From NCBI RefSeq assembly GCF_009914755.1, contig NC_060926.1: a stretch of DNA of 64,000 bases, one strand, 5' to 3'. Source of the DNA: the human T2T-CHM13v2.0 reference genome, Homo sapiens. The notes beneath the pieces are model-generated. The model saw only the letters and a program-made list of their open reading frames with translations. It had not been told where the DNA came from and did no database searches. Positions 1 through 13,540 of the stretch are shown here, one piece after another. A program made the translations under genes and the position numbers. Each line of letters starts with the position of its first letter. Position 1 is the first letter of the stretch.

Positions 1-340
1 TGTTGTGGTTTGGGGGACAGCTCAATCAGAGTACAACAGAACACTAGATAGACTTCTAAAGTTGTTGACCTGGCTTCCAGATGGCACCTCTGGACTTGCC
101 TGAGGCCTGGGGTAACATGTCATCCTGGAGGGAAGGACACAGGCCTGGATGGCTTTGCCACCTGCTGATCACAGAGCCCTAAGGCATTGAGCAAGCATAG
201 GCAGTAATGAGGTAATGATTACAATAGGCCTTGGGTGAGACCTAATGCTGTATTGGCTTGAGGTCAGAACCAGCACTGTCCTAGTGGTGGTGGCCATAGG
301 GGTGCTTATGTCACCCTGCACCCAGCTTCGGGGTGGGGGG

Positions 341-382
<42 letters not shown>

Positions 383-2248
383 AAGGAAAGAAAGAAAGAA
401 AAGAAAGAGAGAGAGAGAGAAGAAAGAAAGAAAAGAAAGAAAGAAAGAAAGAAAAAAGAAAGAAAGAAAGAAAAAAGAAAGAAAGAAAGAGAAAGAAAAA
501 AGAAAGAAAGAAAAAGAAAGACTCCATTTGTTTGGGAGAAAGTAAAGGAAGAAAACAAGAGTCTATGTCTGGTAATCCAGGGAATACTTCTGGATCTTTT
601 ACAAGACCATCAAGGTAGTACCTCTATGAGTCTGCAAGAACCACAGCATTACTGGGCTTGGGATGTCTCCTAAAGCAGATATAGCTCAGATCACAACACA
701 CAAGTCTTTTTGAATATCTGGAAAGCCTTCCCAAGAAGAATGGGTACAAACAAGCCCAGACAGCAAAGACTGCAATGAATACCCAGTAATTCTTCAATAC
801 CCAGACACAGATGAACATCTACAAGTCTCAAGACCTTGCAGGAAAACATGATCTCACCAAATGAACTAAATAAGGCACCAGGGACAATCTTGGAGAAACA
901 GAGATAAGTTATCTTTCAGATAGAGAGTTCTAGATAATTGTTTTCAGGAAACTCAAAGAAATTCAAAACAATACAGGGAAATAATTGAGAATTCTATCTG
1001 ATAAATTTAACAAAATAAAGCAGAAATTCTGGAGTTGAAAAATAAATTGACACATGGAAAAATGCATCAAAGTTTTTAAATAGCAGAACTGATCAAGCAA
1101 AAGAAAGAATTAGTGAGCTTGAAGACAGGCTATTTGAAAATATATGGTCAAAGGAGACAAAAGAAAAAAGAATGAAAAACAGTGACACACATCTGCAGCA
1201 TGTAGAAAATAGCCTCAAAAGGGTAAATCTAAGAATTATTGGCCTTAAAGAGGAGATATAGAAAGAAACAGAGGTATAAAGTTTATTTAAAGGGATAATA
1301 ATGTAGAATTTCCCAAACCCAGAGAAATACATCAACATTCAAGCAGAAGAAGGTTATAAAATATTAAGCAGATTTAATCCAAAGAAGACTACCTTAAGCC
1401 ATCTAATAATTAAATTCCCAAAGGTCAAGGATAAAGAAAGGATCCTAAAAGCGCCAAAAGTAAAGAAATACATAACATACAATGGAGCTTGAATACATTC
1501 AGAGCAGACTTTTTAGTGGAAACCTTACAGGCCAGGAGAGCATGGCATGACATATTTAAAGGGCTGAAGGAAAAAACTTTTATTCTAGAATAGTACATAT
1601 AGGGAAAATATCCTTCAAATATAAAGAAGAAATAAAGATATTCCCAGACAAACAAAAGCTGAAGGATTTCATCAACACCAGACACACCCTGTAAGAAATG
1701 CTACAGGGAGTACTTCAATTAGGAAGAAAAGGAGATTAATGAGCAATAAAAAATCATTTGAAGATACAAACTCACTGGTAATAGTAAGTACACAGAAAAA
1801 CACTGAATATTATAACACTGTAACTATAGGTTGTAAACTACTCTTGTCCTAACTAGAAAGACTAATCATGCACCAATCAAAAATCATAACTATAACAACT
1901 TTTCAGGACATAGACAATACCTTAAGATATAAACAAAAACAATGGAAACTTGAAAAACAGGGGGACAAAGTTAAGATGTAGAGTTTTTACTAGTTTTCTT
2001 TTTACTTGTTTGTTTGCTTATATAAATGGTATTAAGTTGTTACCACCTTGAAGTAATGGGTTATAGGATAGCATTTGCAAGCCTCATGGTAACCTCAAAC
2101 CAAATGTCATACAATGAATACACAAAGGATTAAAAACCAAGAAACTAAAGCATATCACCACAGATATGATTCACTAAAAAAGAGAGAGGAAGAAAAGAAA
2201 GAAGGAAGAGAAGAACGCAAAACAAACAAAAAACGAATAATAAAATGT
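1..2248 (+). mobile_element. LINE-1 (L1MA2-like) 5' part: 5'UTR, degenerate ORF1, inter-ORF region up to the ORF2 start
   Basis: L1M1-type 5'UTR (ACTCCATTTGTTTGGGAGAAAGT...), then a decayed ORF1 (about 770-1740). Ends at ...AATAATAAAATG, the ORF2 start context. Continues at 7444. Confidence 0.85.
343..520 (+). repeat. Compound (GA)n/(GAAA)n polypurine microsatellite
   Basis: Directly visible; lies inside the L1 5'UTR and is preceded by a G-run. Confidence 0.97.
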
Positions 2249-5200
2249 CTTCAGGTAGTCACAGTCAAAACATAATTGACAAAGAAATTTGGTTATTTCT
2301 GTGATTTACAATAACTTAACATAATAACCTTAATTATTATTAATAGCATATACTCAAACATTAGAATTTTTTAGAAACCCCATACCATGTTGGAACATAT
2401 ATTAAAATTTCTTGGTAAAATATAACCTGAAGAAGATTAAACATTATTTTTATCTTGGCATTCCACATAACTAAACATGTCAAATAATCCTATTTACCTC
2501 TCTTTTGGATGACCCAGGGGCCCTCTGTAGCATCCAAAAGTTAGAGGTCAAGGAAGACAACCTTGAAACTGAAGTTTGATTTTGGGAAGCCTGTTAAATA
2601 TGTTAGAGGCTTAAAACATTTGATATTATGAAATAGAATTCCAGATTTCCATAAGTCATTTACTTAGCCAAAATAATGACTCAAAAAAAATTTTAAAGGC
2701 AAAAACCTTTACTCATTAGGAGGAAAGATTTAGCTTTCCAAACAATCTGTCTGTTGTCTTTTCCTTATTTTTTTGAGTAGTTGATTCACAAAGCAAACAA
2801 AAATTTTTTATTATCCTTTACTATTACATGAAAATCTCATTCAAGGGAGAGAAAGCAAATTTCACCCTTTCATTAGTCTACTATTAATGTCAACCCCAAT
2901 TTTCTAATGAAATATTATAGATAATTCTATCCAATCTTAACCAGTTTGATCATGAGGTAAGATTCTTGTAAATCTTTTATAACACTTTACAAATTTTTGT
3001 TAAAGAGCAGATCAGTGCCCTAAGAAATCCTTGTTTTATTCTTTTATTTTAATGTTCAATTTAGGGAAAAACCATATAATACTCTTTTGAATTTAGTCAA
3101 TATGTTCACATACAAAATTTCTTTTGCAAGATTAATTTTTACAAACTTTCCACAACTTGTTTAAACCTTCAGCTTTATCTTTATCCGGTTTAAAACAATC
3201 CTTTAACCCTCTGAACTAGGCAAAAATTTACATTCCCATGCTTTCTTATAATCTTGTACTAAAAACACATTTTACTTTCCTTGCACACCTTGCATGTAAA
3301 TCTATGTTCAGTAGTCTCAATTACATATTATAATGGTAACCCTTAGCAATTTTTAATTTTAATGTAAAGCATGGTAAGTTATTTTAATTATGTACTAGGC
3401 ACAGACAGGGTCTAACTCTTTCCAGCACAGTTAGGGACATTTTGAATTCCCTATGTCCCCAGGTCTTACCAAACCATAAAGCAAGCAAGTTGAACAACTT
3501 TCAAAAGCCAAAGAAGCAGTTTATAACCTTAAAGCATTTAACAAGCCCAGTATCTGACCTACATAATTTAGACCACATATTTACATTTTGAAGACATTTG
3601 TATTTTACTAATAATCTTTAAAAGTGTTTTTATTTCTCAAAAATTAAAGTCACATGAACTAAAAGCATTACAGTTTTTCTTTTTTGCATCAAAAAATATT
3701 TAATCTAAGCATGTGTTCTTCTCTAAGCCAATTAATTAGAGCTCTTTTTTATATAAACATCACACACATAACACATATATAACTACACAGACAGACAGAA
3801 GATCCAGTAGTTGTAAGATTTTTCACTGGCCAATCTCCTAATTAGATTATTGGCCTCGGGGTGGAGCCCTTCAACAAACAGGGTAAGAAAACATGCAGTT
3901 TCTATGGCCTAATAAGCGGATATAGCTAAAAGACAAAAACATATTTTGAGAGGGATTTAGTCACTTTTAATTCTTGGGGATCCGTGAGGAAAGCAGAAGT
4001 TTTTTTCCAAAACAGGGTCAATGGTGCCTCCTCTGCTTTTTCCAGGGAGTCCCAGGCCATCAGAAGTTATCTTAGGGCCTCTCATGCGTGCATAAAGAGT
4101 AGCAAGACAAAATTGAGAAAAATAATGCAGTTGGCTGAGAAGAACAAAACTCTTTTTCAGTGAAACAAGATCCAAGAAGAGAAAAACATAAAACCCTTTT
4201 AAATATACCTATAGCATGGCTATCCACTTTTAATTAAGCTGACTTTTAACCATAGCACTCTTTAAGAAAATCCTTTTAAATCTCTTGTTACCTGACTTTA
4301 GCCATACCAAGTGGCCAATATTTCTGGCTTTTGAACTTTACCAAAAGTAACCTCTCAGGTGAAACCAACAAACCTTAACTAAGGTATGATTTAACAGTGA
4401 GTGTACAAGGTATTTTCAAAGAGCTGGTAAGCAGTTTTTACAAAATCTAGAATCTTTAAAGGTAGTTCAGAGAAAGGAAGATTTAAGAACGGAAGCTGGA
4501 AGCTAAGGGAGGCAAAGAGAATCAGCAAATTGTAAAAGCAACACAGATATCAGCCAGAAAGTACTCATTCCCTAAGCCAGGATTGAACCTGAGCCACAAT
4601 TGTAAAATGGCAGGCACCAAAAGAAAGTACTGCCACATGGTTACATGGTCAAGCTCCCAAGGACATAAAAAAAGATGGAGACCTCATTCAGTTTTTTTCC
4701 CTTCAGAGACCTGTAGCAAAGTTTGTTACTGACCAGCTTGCTGGGATAGTTTCAAAAGTGGGATTATGGGGTCCTAGACCTGCATTCTATCCTAAGGTAC
4801 CCCTCTTTCTAATAGAAAGACATAGAAAGATAAATTCTTAGCACAAAGTACAACAGATTTGTTACAGGTTAAGTCTAGCCTCACACATCCTTTTTTCCCA
4901 TTAATCAAAAGTTTACAGAGGATATAAACAGTGATTTTTATCATTCATTCTACCAGTTTGCACAGGGAGAGGAAGGCCAGAAGTCTGGCTAGTTTAAAAA
5001 AAAAAAAAAAAAAAAAAACCTTTTACCCTTTTGCCAGTATGTCAGGCTTCTGGGCTCCCTTCCCTTAGCTGTGGAGCCCTTTTGTGACTCTGGAGTCTTG
5101 TAAAGGGGGAGCAGACAAAGAGGTTATTTGCATACTAAAAAACTTGTCCCTCCTAAATAGATTTGCTCAGTTAGGCCTGTAATTTTTTCCTGGCTCATTT

Positions 5201-6546
5201 TTAAGCCAAAAAGTTTAAGATATGGGAAAATTAACTTTTCCCAGTTTGGGGGATGCAACCGAGAGGAGTGTCCTGTTGTATGGAGAGTAGCTGAAAATGG
5301 TTGGTTACCCATCTGGAAAGAGGGGAAACGGTGTCCTTTAGTGCCTTTTTTCCCCAAGCAAATACCCAGGGCATATGAGGGAGAGAAAGAAAAAGTGTCT
5401 TCTTTCTTCTGTCTTTGTATCCCTGAGTCCCAGCAAACTCCACAGGGTGCTACCCATGGGTGCCAATGTGACTTTCACCCATGTGGAATAGGGCGTCCTA
5501 GAGAGTAAGAATTATCTGCACTCACCTACACATTTTCTATTCTCCCTGCTGTTGGTAACCTCATCTATGCCATGGATGCTAGCATGACCTCCATCCATGA
5601 AATGGTGGGGGGCCTCGTTGGCAGGAATTAGTCATGCTCACCTGTGCTGTGTCCCTTGAATTCCATTGCCATCTGCCTCTGGATCCCTCAGATCCAGTTT
5701 TCCTTTCTAGGGCTTTAACCTGAAGCTTGGAATTGAGTTTGGGACAAATAACTGCCTCAGGAGGGTGCATGGACTCACTAAATTAAGTCCCAGGTGGCCC
5801 TTGCTAAACTGCAGACAGCAGCCAGTGGGGCTGCTCCTTTGCTGCCTCTTTATCATAAGCTGAATGCTAAGGTAAAGCTGTAGAACTGGGTCCTCCTCAA
5901 ACAAGGGAGAGAAAGGGGGACCTGGCCCTTCAAAAGGAAAAAAGATGCCTTTCAAAAGGAAAAAAGAAAAACTCTCACATAGAAAAGCTCCCCATATTTG
6001 CAGGGCTATGTTAACTTCTGACATGGTAGAGAAAAAGAAAAACACAACCTAAGTGTGGGGGTGGGGTAGGTGCTTGTGGGAAAAAGCCTCTCACTGTATG
6101 CAAATGAGTTTCTTCTATAGGAAAAAAAAACTCTTAAACACTGTACCCTTTTTGCCTCTAAGAACAGACAGAAAACACATTGTTCTGAATTACATTTTTG
6201 ATGACTGGGCCAAGCACCCATTCTAGTCAGTAATATCTCTGTAGTTTGCAACAACACTCTTAACATTGTAAAAGACAAGATAGGTACCATGACAGCCCCC
6301 AAAACAAGAAGGAAAATATCACAGAAAGGAGTAAGACTGATATTTCCAGCTCCCAAGAGTGACAGAAGGGTCCCCTCCAGCATCTTGTCCTGTGTAGTTG
6401 TACCATTCATTCTTAACTAGCTAATCAGAGGTTCAGTGCTTCATCTGCCTTCAGAAAAAAGTCTGAGGACAAGAAGCCTCAGAAAAAGTGAAGCATCTTG
6501 GTTCGCATTCACTCACCCTTCAGGGATCCTGGGCAAGCCTCCAAAA
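2249..6546 (-). mobile_element. ERV1 internal region (HUERS-P/MER4-group-like), 3'-truncated, non-coding
   Basis: Adjoins the PBS and LTR. Degenerate gag N-terminus on the minus strand (ATG at 5312; MGNQ...TPLGCI...NWEK across frames), followed by AT-rich internal sequence. Confidence 0.8.
6526..6543 (-). promoter_or_regulatory. Retroviral primer-binding site, tRNA-Pro type
   Basis: Minus strand TGGAGGCTTGCCCAGGAT matches the tRNA-Pro PBS TGGGGGCTCGTCCGGGAT at 14/18, 3 nt downstream of the LTR end. Confidence 0.8.
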
Positions 6547-7443
6547 TGACACAGGATTTTTCTTGGCCCCTTTGCCAGACTCACAGCAGGGGTGCCTTAT
6601 CTACTTGGCCTACCATGCTCACCTTCTTGCAGAAGGGAGCACATGAGCGAGCAAGGCAGGATCCGGCCAGCCACTCTGAGCACTGACACAGGAGCAAGCT
6701 CCACGTGGGTCCCACAGCCAGACCAGGCATGTCACCTTGAGGGCAATACAGTGGCATCCAGACATGGGTGCTCACGATTTTGAAGCCCCATAGTGGGTGT
6801 TAGTGTGCTAATTAGCTCTTTTAGTTCTGCCGTCCACAGCCCAATGGACGGTGACATGTTAGCAGCTCAGTTGGCCCCTGGATCAATTGCATGGAGCAGC
6901 TGCCCTCTGGCAAGGGCAAAGGGCCAGTGTGACAGCCTTTCTGGGTACCCACACTAGGTGGGTCTTGAGCTCCTGCCCAGCATCCAAGAATGAAGTCATG
7001 CTGATGGGTGAAGAAGAATTTTATTGAGTGATGGAACAGCTCTCAGTGGAGAGGGGATGTTGGGGGAGGTACCCCACCCCTGCAGTCAGGTGGGTTTTTT
7101 GCCTCTCAATGTGGCTGGGTCTGGGGCTTTTTATAGACTCACAACAGGGAGTGTATGCTGATTGGTTTGTGAGCATGCAAGAAAATTTAAAGCAAAGACA
7201 CCACTCAAAGGTGGGCACAACAGTGTAGAAAACCAATTAGGAAAGGGTAGGTATATGTAAAATAGGTGAAGGGTGTGGATCAGAGGAAAGCATGCCAAAA
7301 GGAAAGACACGTTCTCAATCAGTCCATGGATTTAACTTGTAGCTTGGCTTTCAGGCTTTAAACTGTCTTCAGCTTGGAGGTGAGGATTCACTGAGGACCT
7401 GCTCTTATCTGCCTAGGCATTTGACTGCCTCCTGTCACTATCA
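6547..7443 (-). mobile_element. ERV1 5' LTR (LTR1/LTR27/LTR28 group)
   Basis: TG...CA termini (TGATAGTGACAGGAGGCAG...TGTGTCA on minus). CCAAT and TATAAAA boxes near 7130-7165, AATAAA near 7020-7025 (minus). Confidence 0.8.
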
Positions 7444-10400
7444 ATAATAAAGCAGTCAATTCAGCAAGAGGATATAACAATTTTAAATATATGTGCACCC
7501 AACACTGGATCACCCAGATACATAAAGCAAATATTATTAGAGCTAGAGAGCAAGACAGGCCTCAATACAATAATAACTAAAGACTGCAACACTCCACTTT
7601 CAGCATTGGAAAGCCCTTCCAGACAGAAAACCAACAAAGAAACACTGGACTTAATCTGCACTATAGACCAAATGGACCTAATAGATATTTATGGAACATT
7701 TTATCCAATGTCTGAAAAAATACACATTCTTTTCCTCAGCACATGGATCATCCTCAAGGACAAATCCTTGAGAGTGTTGGGTCACAAAACAGGTCAAAAC
7801 ATTCAACAAAATTGAAATAATATCAAGCATTTTCACTGACCACAATGCAACAACAAGAGGAGAAATCAACAACAGGAGGAGTTTTGGAAACTATACAAAT
7901 ACATGGAAATTCAACAATGTGCTCCTGAATGACCAGTGGGGTCAATGAAGAAGTTGAAAAGAAAATTGAAAATTTTCTTGAAACAAATCATAGAGGAAAC
8001 ACAACATACCAAAGCCTGTGAGATACAGCAAAAGCAGTACTAAGAGGGAAGTTTATAGTTATAAGTGCCTACTTCAAAAAAGAAGACAAACTTCAGATAA
8101 ACAATAGAATGATACACCTTAAAGAGCTAGAAAAGCAAGAGCAAACCAAATCAAAAAATAGAAGAAAATAAATATTAATAATAAAGATTAGAGCAGAAAT
8201 AAGTGAAATTGAAATGAAGGAAATGATACAAAAGATCAATGAAAAAAAAGTTGATTTTTTTGAAAAGTTAAACAAAATTGACAAACATTTAGCCAGACTA
8301 ATAAAGAAAAAAAGAGAGAACATCCAAAATCAGAAAAGAAAAAGGAGACATTACAACTGATTTCACAGAAATTCAAAGGACCACTACCGTCTACTATGAG
8401 CAATTATATGCCAATAAATTGGAAAGTCCAGAAGAAATGGACAAATTCCTACACAGCTTACACAACCTACCTACCATGGTTGAATTTCTTCATGGCTGAG
8501 TTTTTTCAAGCATGAGGAAATCCAAAACCTAAACATACCAATAACAAGTAACAAGATAGAAGCCATAACAAAAAGTCTCCCAGTAAAGAAAAGCCTGGGA
8601 TCTAATGGCTTCACTGCTGAATTCTACCAAACAATTAAAGAAGAACTAATACCAATTCTACTCAAACTATTTCAAAAAATAGATAAGTAGGGAATACTTC
8701 CAAACTTATTATACGAGGGCAGTATTACCCTAATACAAAAACCAGACAAAGATACACCATAAAAAGAAATCTACAGGCCATATCCCCAATGACTATTGAT
8801 GTAAAAATTCTCAACAAAATACTAGCAAACTGAATTCAAGAATATATTAAAAAGATCATTCATCATGACCAAGTGGCATTTATCCCACAGATGCAAGGAT
8901 GGTTCAACATATGCAAATTAATCAATGTGATATATCATATCAACAGAATGAAGGACAAAAACCATATGATCATTTCAATTGATGCAGAAAAAGCATTCCA
9001 TAAAATTCAACATCCCTTCATGATAAATTCACTTGAAAAACTGGGCATAGAAGAAACATACCTCACCGTAATAAAAGCCATCAATGACAGACTTACCACT
9101 AGTATCATACTGAATAGGGAAAAACTGAAAGCCTTTCCTCTAAGATCTAGAACACAACAAGAATGCCCACTTTCACCACTGTTATTCAACATACTACTGA
9201 AAGTCCTAGCTAGAGCCATTAGAAAAAAAGAAATGTAGGACATCCAAATTGAAAAGGAAGAAGTCAAATTATCCTTGTTTGCAGATGATATAACCTTATA
9301 TTTGGAAATACCTAAAGACTCCATCGAAAAATTGTTAGAACTGATAAACAAATTCAGTAAAGTTGCAGGATACAAAATCAACATACAAAAATCAGTAGCG
9401 TTTCTATATCCCAATAGTGAACAATCTGAAAAATAAATTTTAAAAGTAATCCAATTTGTGATAGCCACACATAAAATTAAATACCTAGAATTAACCAAAG
9501 AAGTGAAAGATACCAACAATGAATAAAAAACACAAATGAAATAAATTAAGGAAGACACAAAAAATGGAAAGATATTCCATGTTCACACATTGGAAGAATC
9601 AATATTGTTAAAATGTCCACACTACCCAAAGCAATCTACGGATTAAGTGCAAATCCCTTACAAAATACCAATGACGTTCTTCATATAAACACAAACAAAC
9701 AATTCTAAAATTTACATAGAGCCACAAAAGACCCAGAATAACCAAAAGTATCCTAAACAAAAAGAATAAAACTGGAAAAATTACATTACCTAACTAAAAA
9801 ATATACTACAGAGCTATAGTAACAAAAAGAGCATGGTACTGGCATAAACACAGACTCATAGATCAATGGAACAGAATAGAGAACACAGAAACAAATTCAC
9901 ACACCTACAGTGAACTTGGTACAAAGGTACCTAGAATACATGCTGGGGAAAAGATAGTCTCTTCAATAAATGGCACTGAGAAAATTGGATATCCATATGC
10001 AGAAGAATGAAACTTAGACCCCTATCTCTCACCATATACAAAAATAAAATCAAAATGGACTAAAGACTTAAATCTAAGACCTTAAATGGTGAAACTAGTA
10101 CAAGAAAACATTGGGGAAAATCTCTAAGACATTAGTCTTGGCAAAAGTATCTTGAGCAATACCTCATGAGTACAGGCAACCAAAGCAAAAATGAACAAAT
10201 GGAATCACATCAGATTAAAAAGCTTCTGAACAGCAAAGGATACAATCAACAAAGTGAGGAGACAACCCACAGAATGCGAGAAAATATTTGCAAACTACCC
10301 ATCTGACAAGAGATTAATAACCAGAATATATAAGGAGCTCAAGTAACTCTACAGTAAATAGCCTAATAATCCAATCAAAAGATGGGCAAAAGATTTGAAT

Positions 10401-11380
10401 AGACATTTCTCAAAAGAATACATACAAATGGCAAATAGGCATATGAAAATGTGCTCAACATCACTGATCATCAGAAAAATGGAAATCAAAAATACAGTGA
10501 GATATAATCTGTCCCCAGTTGAAATGGCTTATATCCAAAAGACAGGCAATAACAAATGCTGGCAAGGATGTGAAGAAAAGTGAACCCTATACACTGCTGG
10601 TGGGAATGTAAATTAGTACAACCACTATGGAGAACAGTTTGGAGGCTCCTCAAAAAGCTAAAAATTGAGCTACCATGTGATTCAGCTATCCCACTGCTGG
10701 GTAAAAACTCAAAAGAAAGGAAATCATTCTATCAAACAGATAGCTGCACTCCTATGTTTGTTGCAGCACTGTTTACAATAGCCAAGATTTGGAAGCAACC
10801 TAAGTGTGCATCAACAGATGAATGAATAAAGAAAATGTGGTAAATATACACAATGGAGTACTTACTATTCAGCTGTAAGAAGAATGAGATTCTGTCATTT
10901 GCCACAACATGGATAGAACAGGAAGCCATTATGTTAAGGGAAATAAGCCATGCATAGAAAGACAAACATCACATGTACTCACTTACTTTTGATATCTAAA
11001 AATCAAAACAATTGAACTCATGGAGATAAAGACTAGAAGGATGGTTACCAGAGGCTAGACAAAGTAGTGGGCTGCTGGGCGGGGTGGGGGGAGATAGGGA
11101 TGTTTAATGGGTATAAAAAATAGAATAAATAAGAACTCGTATTTGATAGCACAACAGGGTGACTATAGTCAATAACAATTTAATTGTACATTTTTAAATA
11201 ACTAAAAGAGTATAAATGGATTGTTTGTAACACAAAGAATAAATGTGTGAGGGGATGGATACCCTATTTTCCATGATGTGGTTATTAAACATTGTCTGCC
11301 TATATCACAACATCACATTTGCTCCATAAGTATATACACCTACTATGTAGCCACAAAAATTAAAAATAAAAAAATTGTAA
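7444..11380 (+). mobile_element. LINE-1 (L1MA2-like) 3' part: degenerate ORF2 and 3'UTR
   Basis: ORF2 fragments (QGWFNICK..., AFPLRS...[15 protein letters not shown] codons near 9278). L1MA1-3-type 3' end ...TATACACCTACTATGTAGCCACAAAAATTAAAAATAAAA. Confidence 0.92.
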
Positions 11381-11690
11381 AAATGAGAAGAAGTAGTGTG
11401 GACACTACCACTTCTTCTACCTCCACGAAGCTGGGGACTGGAACTTTAGAGCAATCCGTAGGAGTGTCACAGGTTTCTACAACCTTCTTGCAGGAAAATT
11501 TTACTTACATTTCACCTCTAACTTTCTAAATATTATATGTGACAAATTGTATGATTGATATAACTGAATTCACATCCTAAACTCTGCCACAGAGAAATCT
11601 GGGAAATGTAGTTTTTAGTTTTTCAACCTCTCCAATGAGAAGACTGCTGAAATGGAGGCTGAGAGGCCCAATCCAGAGCATTCAGCACAG

Positions 11691-11830
11691 GTATTATTAT
11701 CCCCATTTTGCAGAAGAATTCTGCAAGATGAGAGTCAAAGAGTGCAGGTAACTTAAACAAGTCCATACTTACTAAGTGGAAGAATTGGGATTTGAAAATA
11801 GATGTCTAACTCATATTTATTTTACTCTAC
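11691..11830 (-). mobile_element. MIR SINE fragment
   Basis: Reverse complement of the MIR core (ATTATTATCCCCATTTTGCAGA...GGGATTTGAA). Confidence 0.7.
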
Positions 11831-12514
11831 CACTCTAATATTCACATACCTGGGCAATTCATTTTTTCAAAAGTCCTTATATTGTGAACCTGGAGTAACT
11901 GCTGAAGTCCAGTTACAATCCTCTGTGGAGTCTTACATCTTCCTGGTATCACTACACATGTGCAGGATCCAGGAATGCAGAGGAGGAAAGAGGAATGAAT
12001 ATACTAATACCAGTCGTTATAACAATGCTATGCCTCCTCCATGGATTCACTCATTTATGCTGAACTCCACAGGTGTATCTCTGACTTCTCTATCTGATAT
12101 CTACTCTTTCCCATCCTTCTGAGTCTCAATCCCTGAGAGTGTTTTCAGTCATTCCATTCCCTGTATATTCCTTCCAGCCTCTGTGAAACTTACATACTGA
12201 TTTCAGCTTAAGCTTCTGGATGTGTGTTATTCACATACTCCTCCTGTGAATGACTGGCCTCCCATTGTCATGATAACTTTCTTGGCCCTTGTTCTTCTCT
12301 GACTGAGAGTCACCTATGACCATAGATGACATCAGTAGTATCTGAACAAATTAGGTCAGAGATAGGCTAGGCCAAATCTACCTACCCTATTAGCCATGGA
12401 AGGAGTTTGAATTTTATTCTAAACGTGTTAAGAATTCATTAGAGGGGAGTGTCATGATATGACTATGTGTTAAAAGACCATTCAGGTTGCTGTATACAGA
12501 AAAAACCATATGTG

Positions 12515-12516
<2 letters not shown>

Positions 12517-12560
<44 letters not shown>
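12517..12560 (+). repeat. (TG)n microsatellite, about 22 units
   Basis: Directly visible. Confidence 0.97.
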
Positions 12561-12565
<5 letters not shown>

Positions 12566-12620
12566 TAGAAATACAGAGACCTGTTAAGATGCCACCCTGA
12601 TAAGAAATGATGATGGTGTA

Positions 12621-13074
12621 TGCAGTGGGTTTAAAGGTGGTCGTCCCAATGATATGTCTACATCCTAACTCCTGGAACTTGTGACTGTGACTTTATTTGG
12701 AAATTAAGTCTTTACAGATGTAATCAAGTTAAGGATCTCAAGGTGAGGTAATCCTGGATTATCCTGATGGGCCCTAAATCTAATGACAAGTGTCCTTATA
12801 AGAGATGGAAGACAAAGAGATAGTGGAGAAAGCCATGTGAAGGTTGGAGCAGACAATTATGTAATGGAGCTACAACCAAGGGATGTTTAGGCCCACCGAA
12901 GCTGGAAGAAGCAGGGAGGAAGTCCTCCCTAGATCTTTCAGAGAGAGAATGTAGCCCTACCAACATCTTTTTTTCAGACATCTATCCTCCAGAACTGTTT
13001 GAGAACAAATTTCTGTTGTTTTAACCCACCCAGTTTGTAGTAATTTGTTATGGCAACCCTAGGAAACTAATAAA
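12621..13074 (+). mobile_element. MLT1C/D MaLR solo LTR
   Basis: TGCAGTGGG...GGGCCCTAAATC...AGGAAACTAATA. 5-bp TSD GTGTA/GTATA. Confidence 0.85.
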
Positions 13075-13079
13075 GTATA

Positions 13080-13540
13080 TTATTTATCTATTGTTAAATA
13101 ACAAATTATCCCCAAAATTTAAAGCTTAAAATAATAAACATTTATTATCTCACATATTTATATTCCAGAAGTCACTTAGCTGAGTAATTCTGGTTCAGGG
13201 TTTCTCATGAAGCTACAGCCAAGGTGTCAGCCAGGGCTGACATTATCTGAAGGCTTGACTTGGGCTGATGGATCCACTTCCAGGATGGGTCACTCACATG
13301 GCTGTTGACAGAAAGTCTCAGTTCCTCACCACTTGGATTTCTCCAAAGGGCACCTGCACATCGTTCTGACATGGCAGCTGGTTTTCCCCAGAACAAGCGA
13401 TTTCACAGCCCTCTCTTCCACCACATTGCATCCATTAGAAATGAATCACTAAGTATAACTCACATTCAAGAGCATGAGAATTAAAATCCAAATTTTGAAG
13501 GGAGAGAAGCAAATAATTTTCAAATTTGAAAACAACCACA
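13080..13540 (-). mobile_element. MLT1F-like MaLR LTR
   Basis: TCTCATGAAGCTACAG...ATCTGAAGGCTTGACT...ACTCACATGGCTG...AACCACA. Its first 4 nt (TGTA) lie at 12617-12620. Confidence 0.8.

Noticed and set aside
169-673. Four overlapping ORFs rich in E/R/K or F/S/L
   Set aside because: Translations of the GA/GAAA microsatellite.
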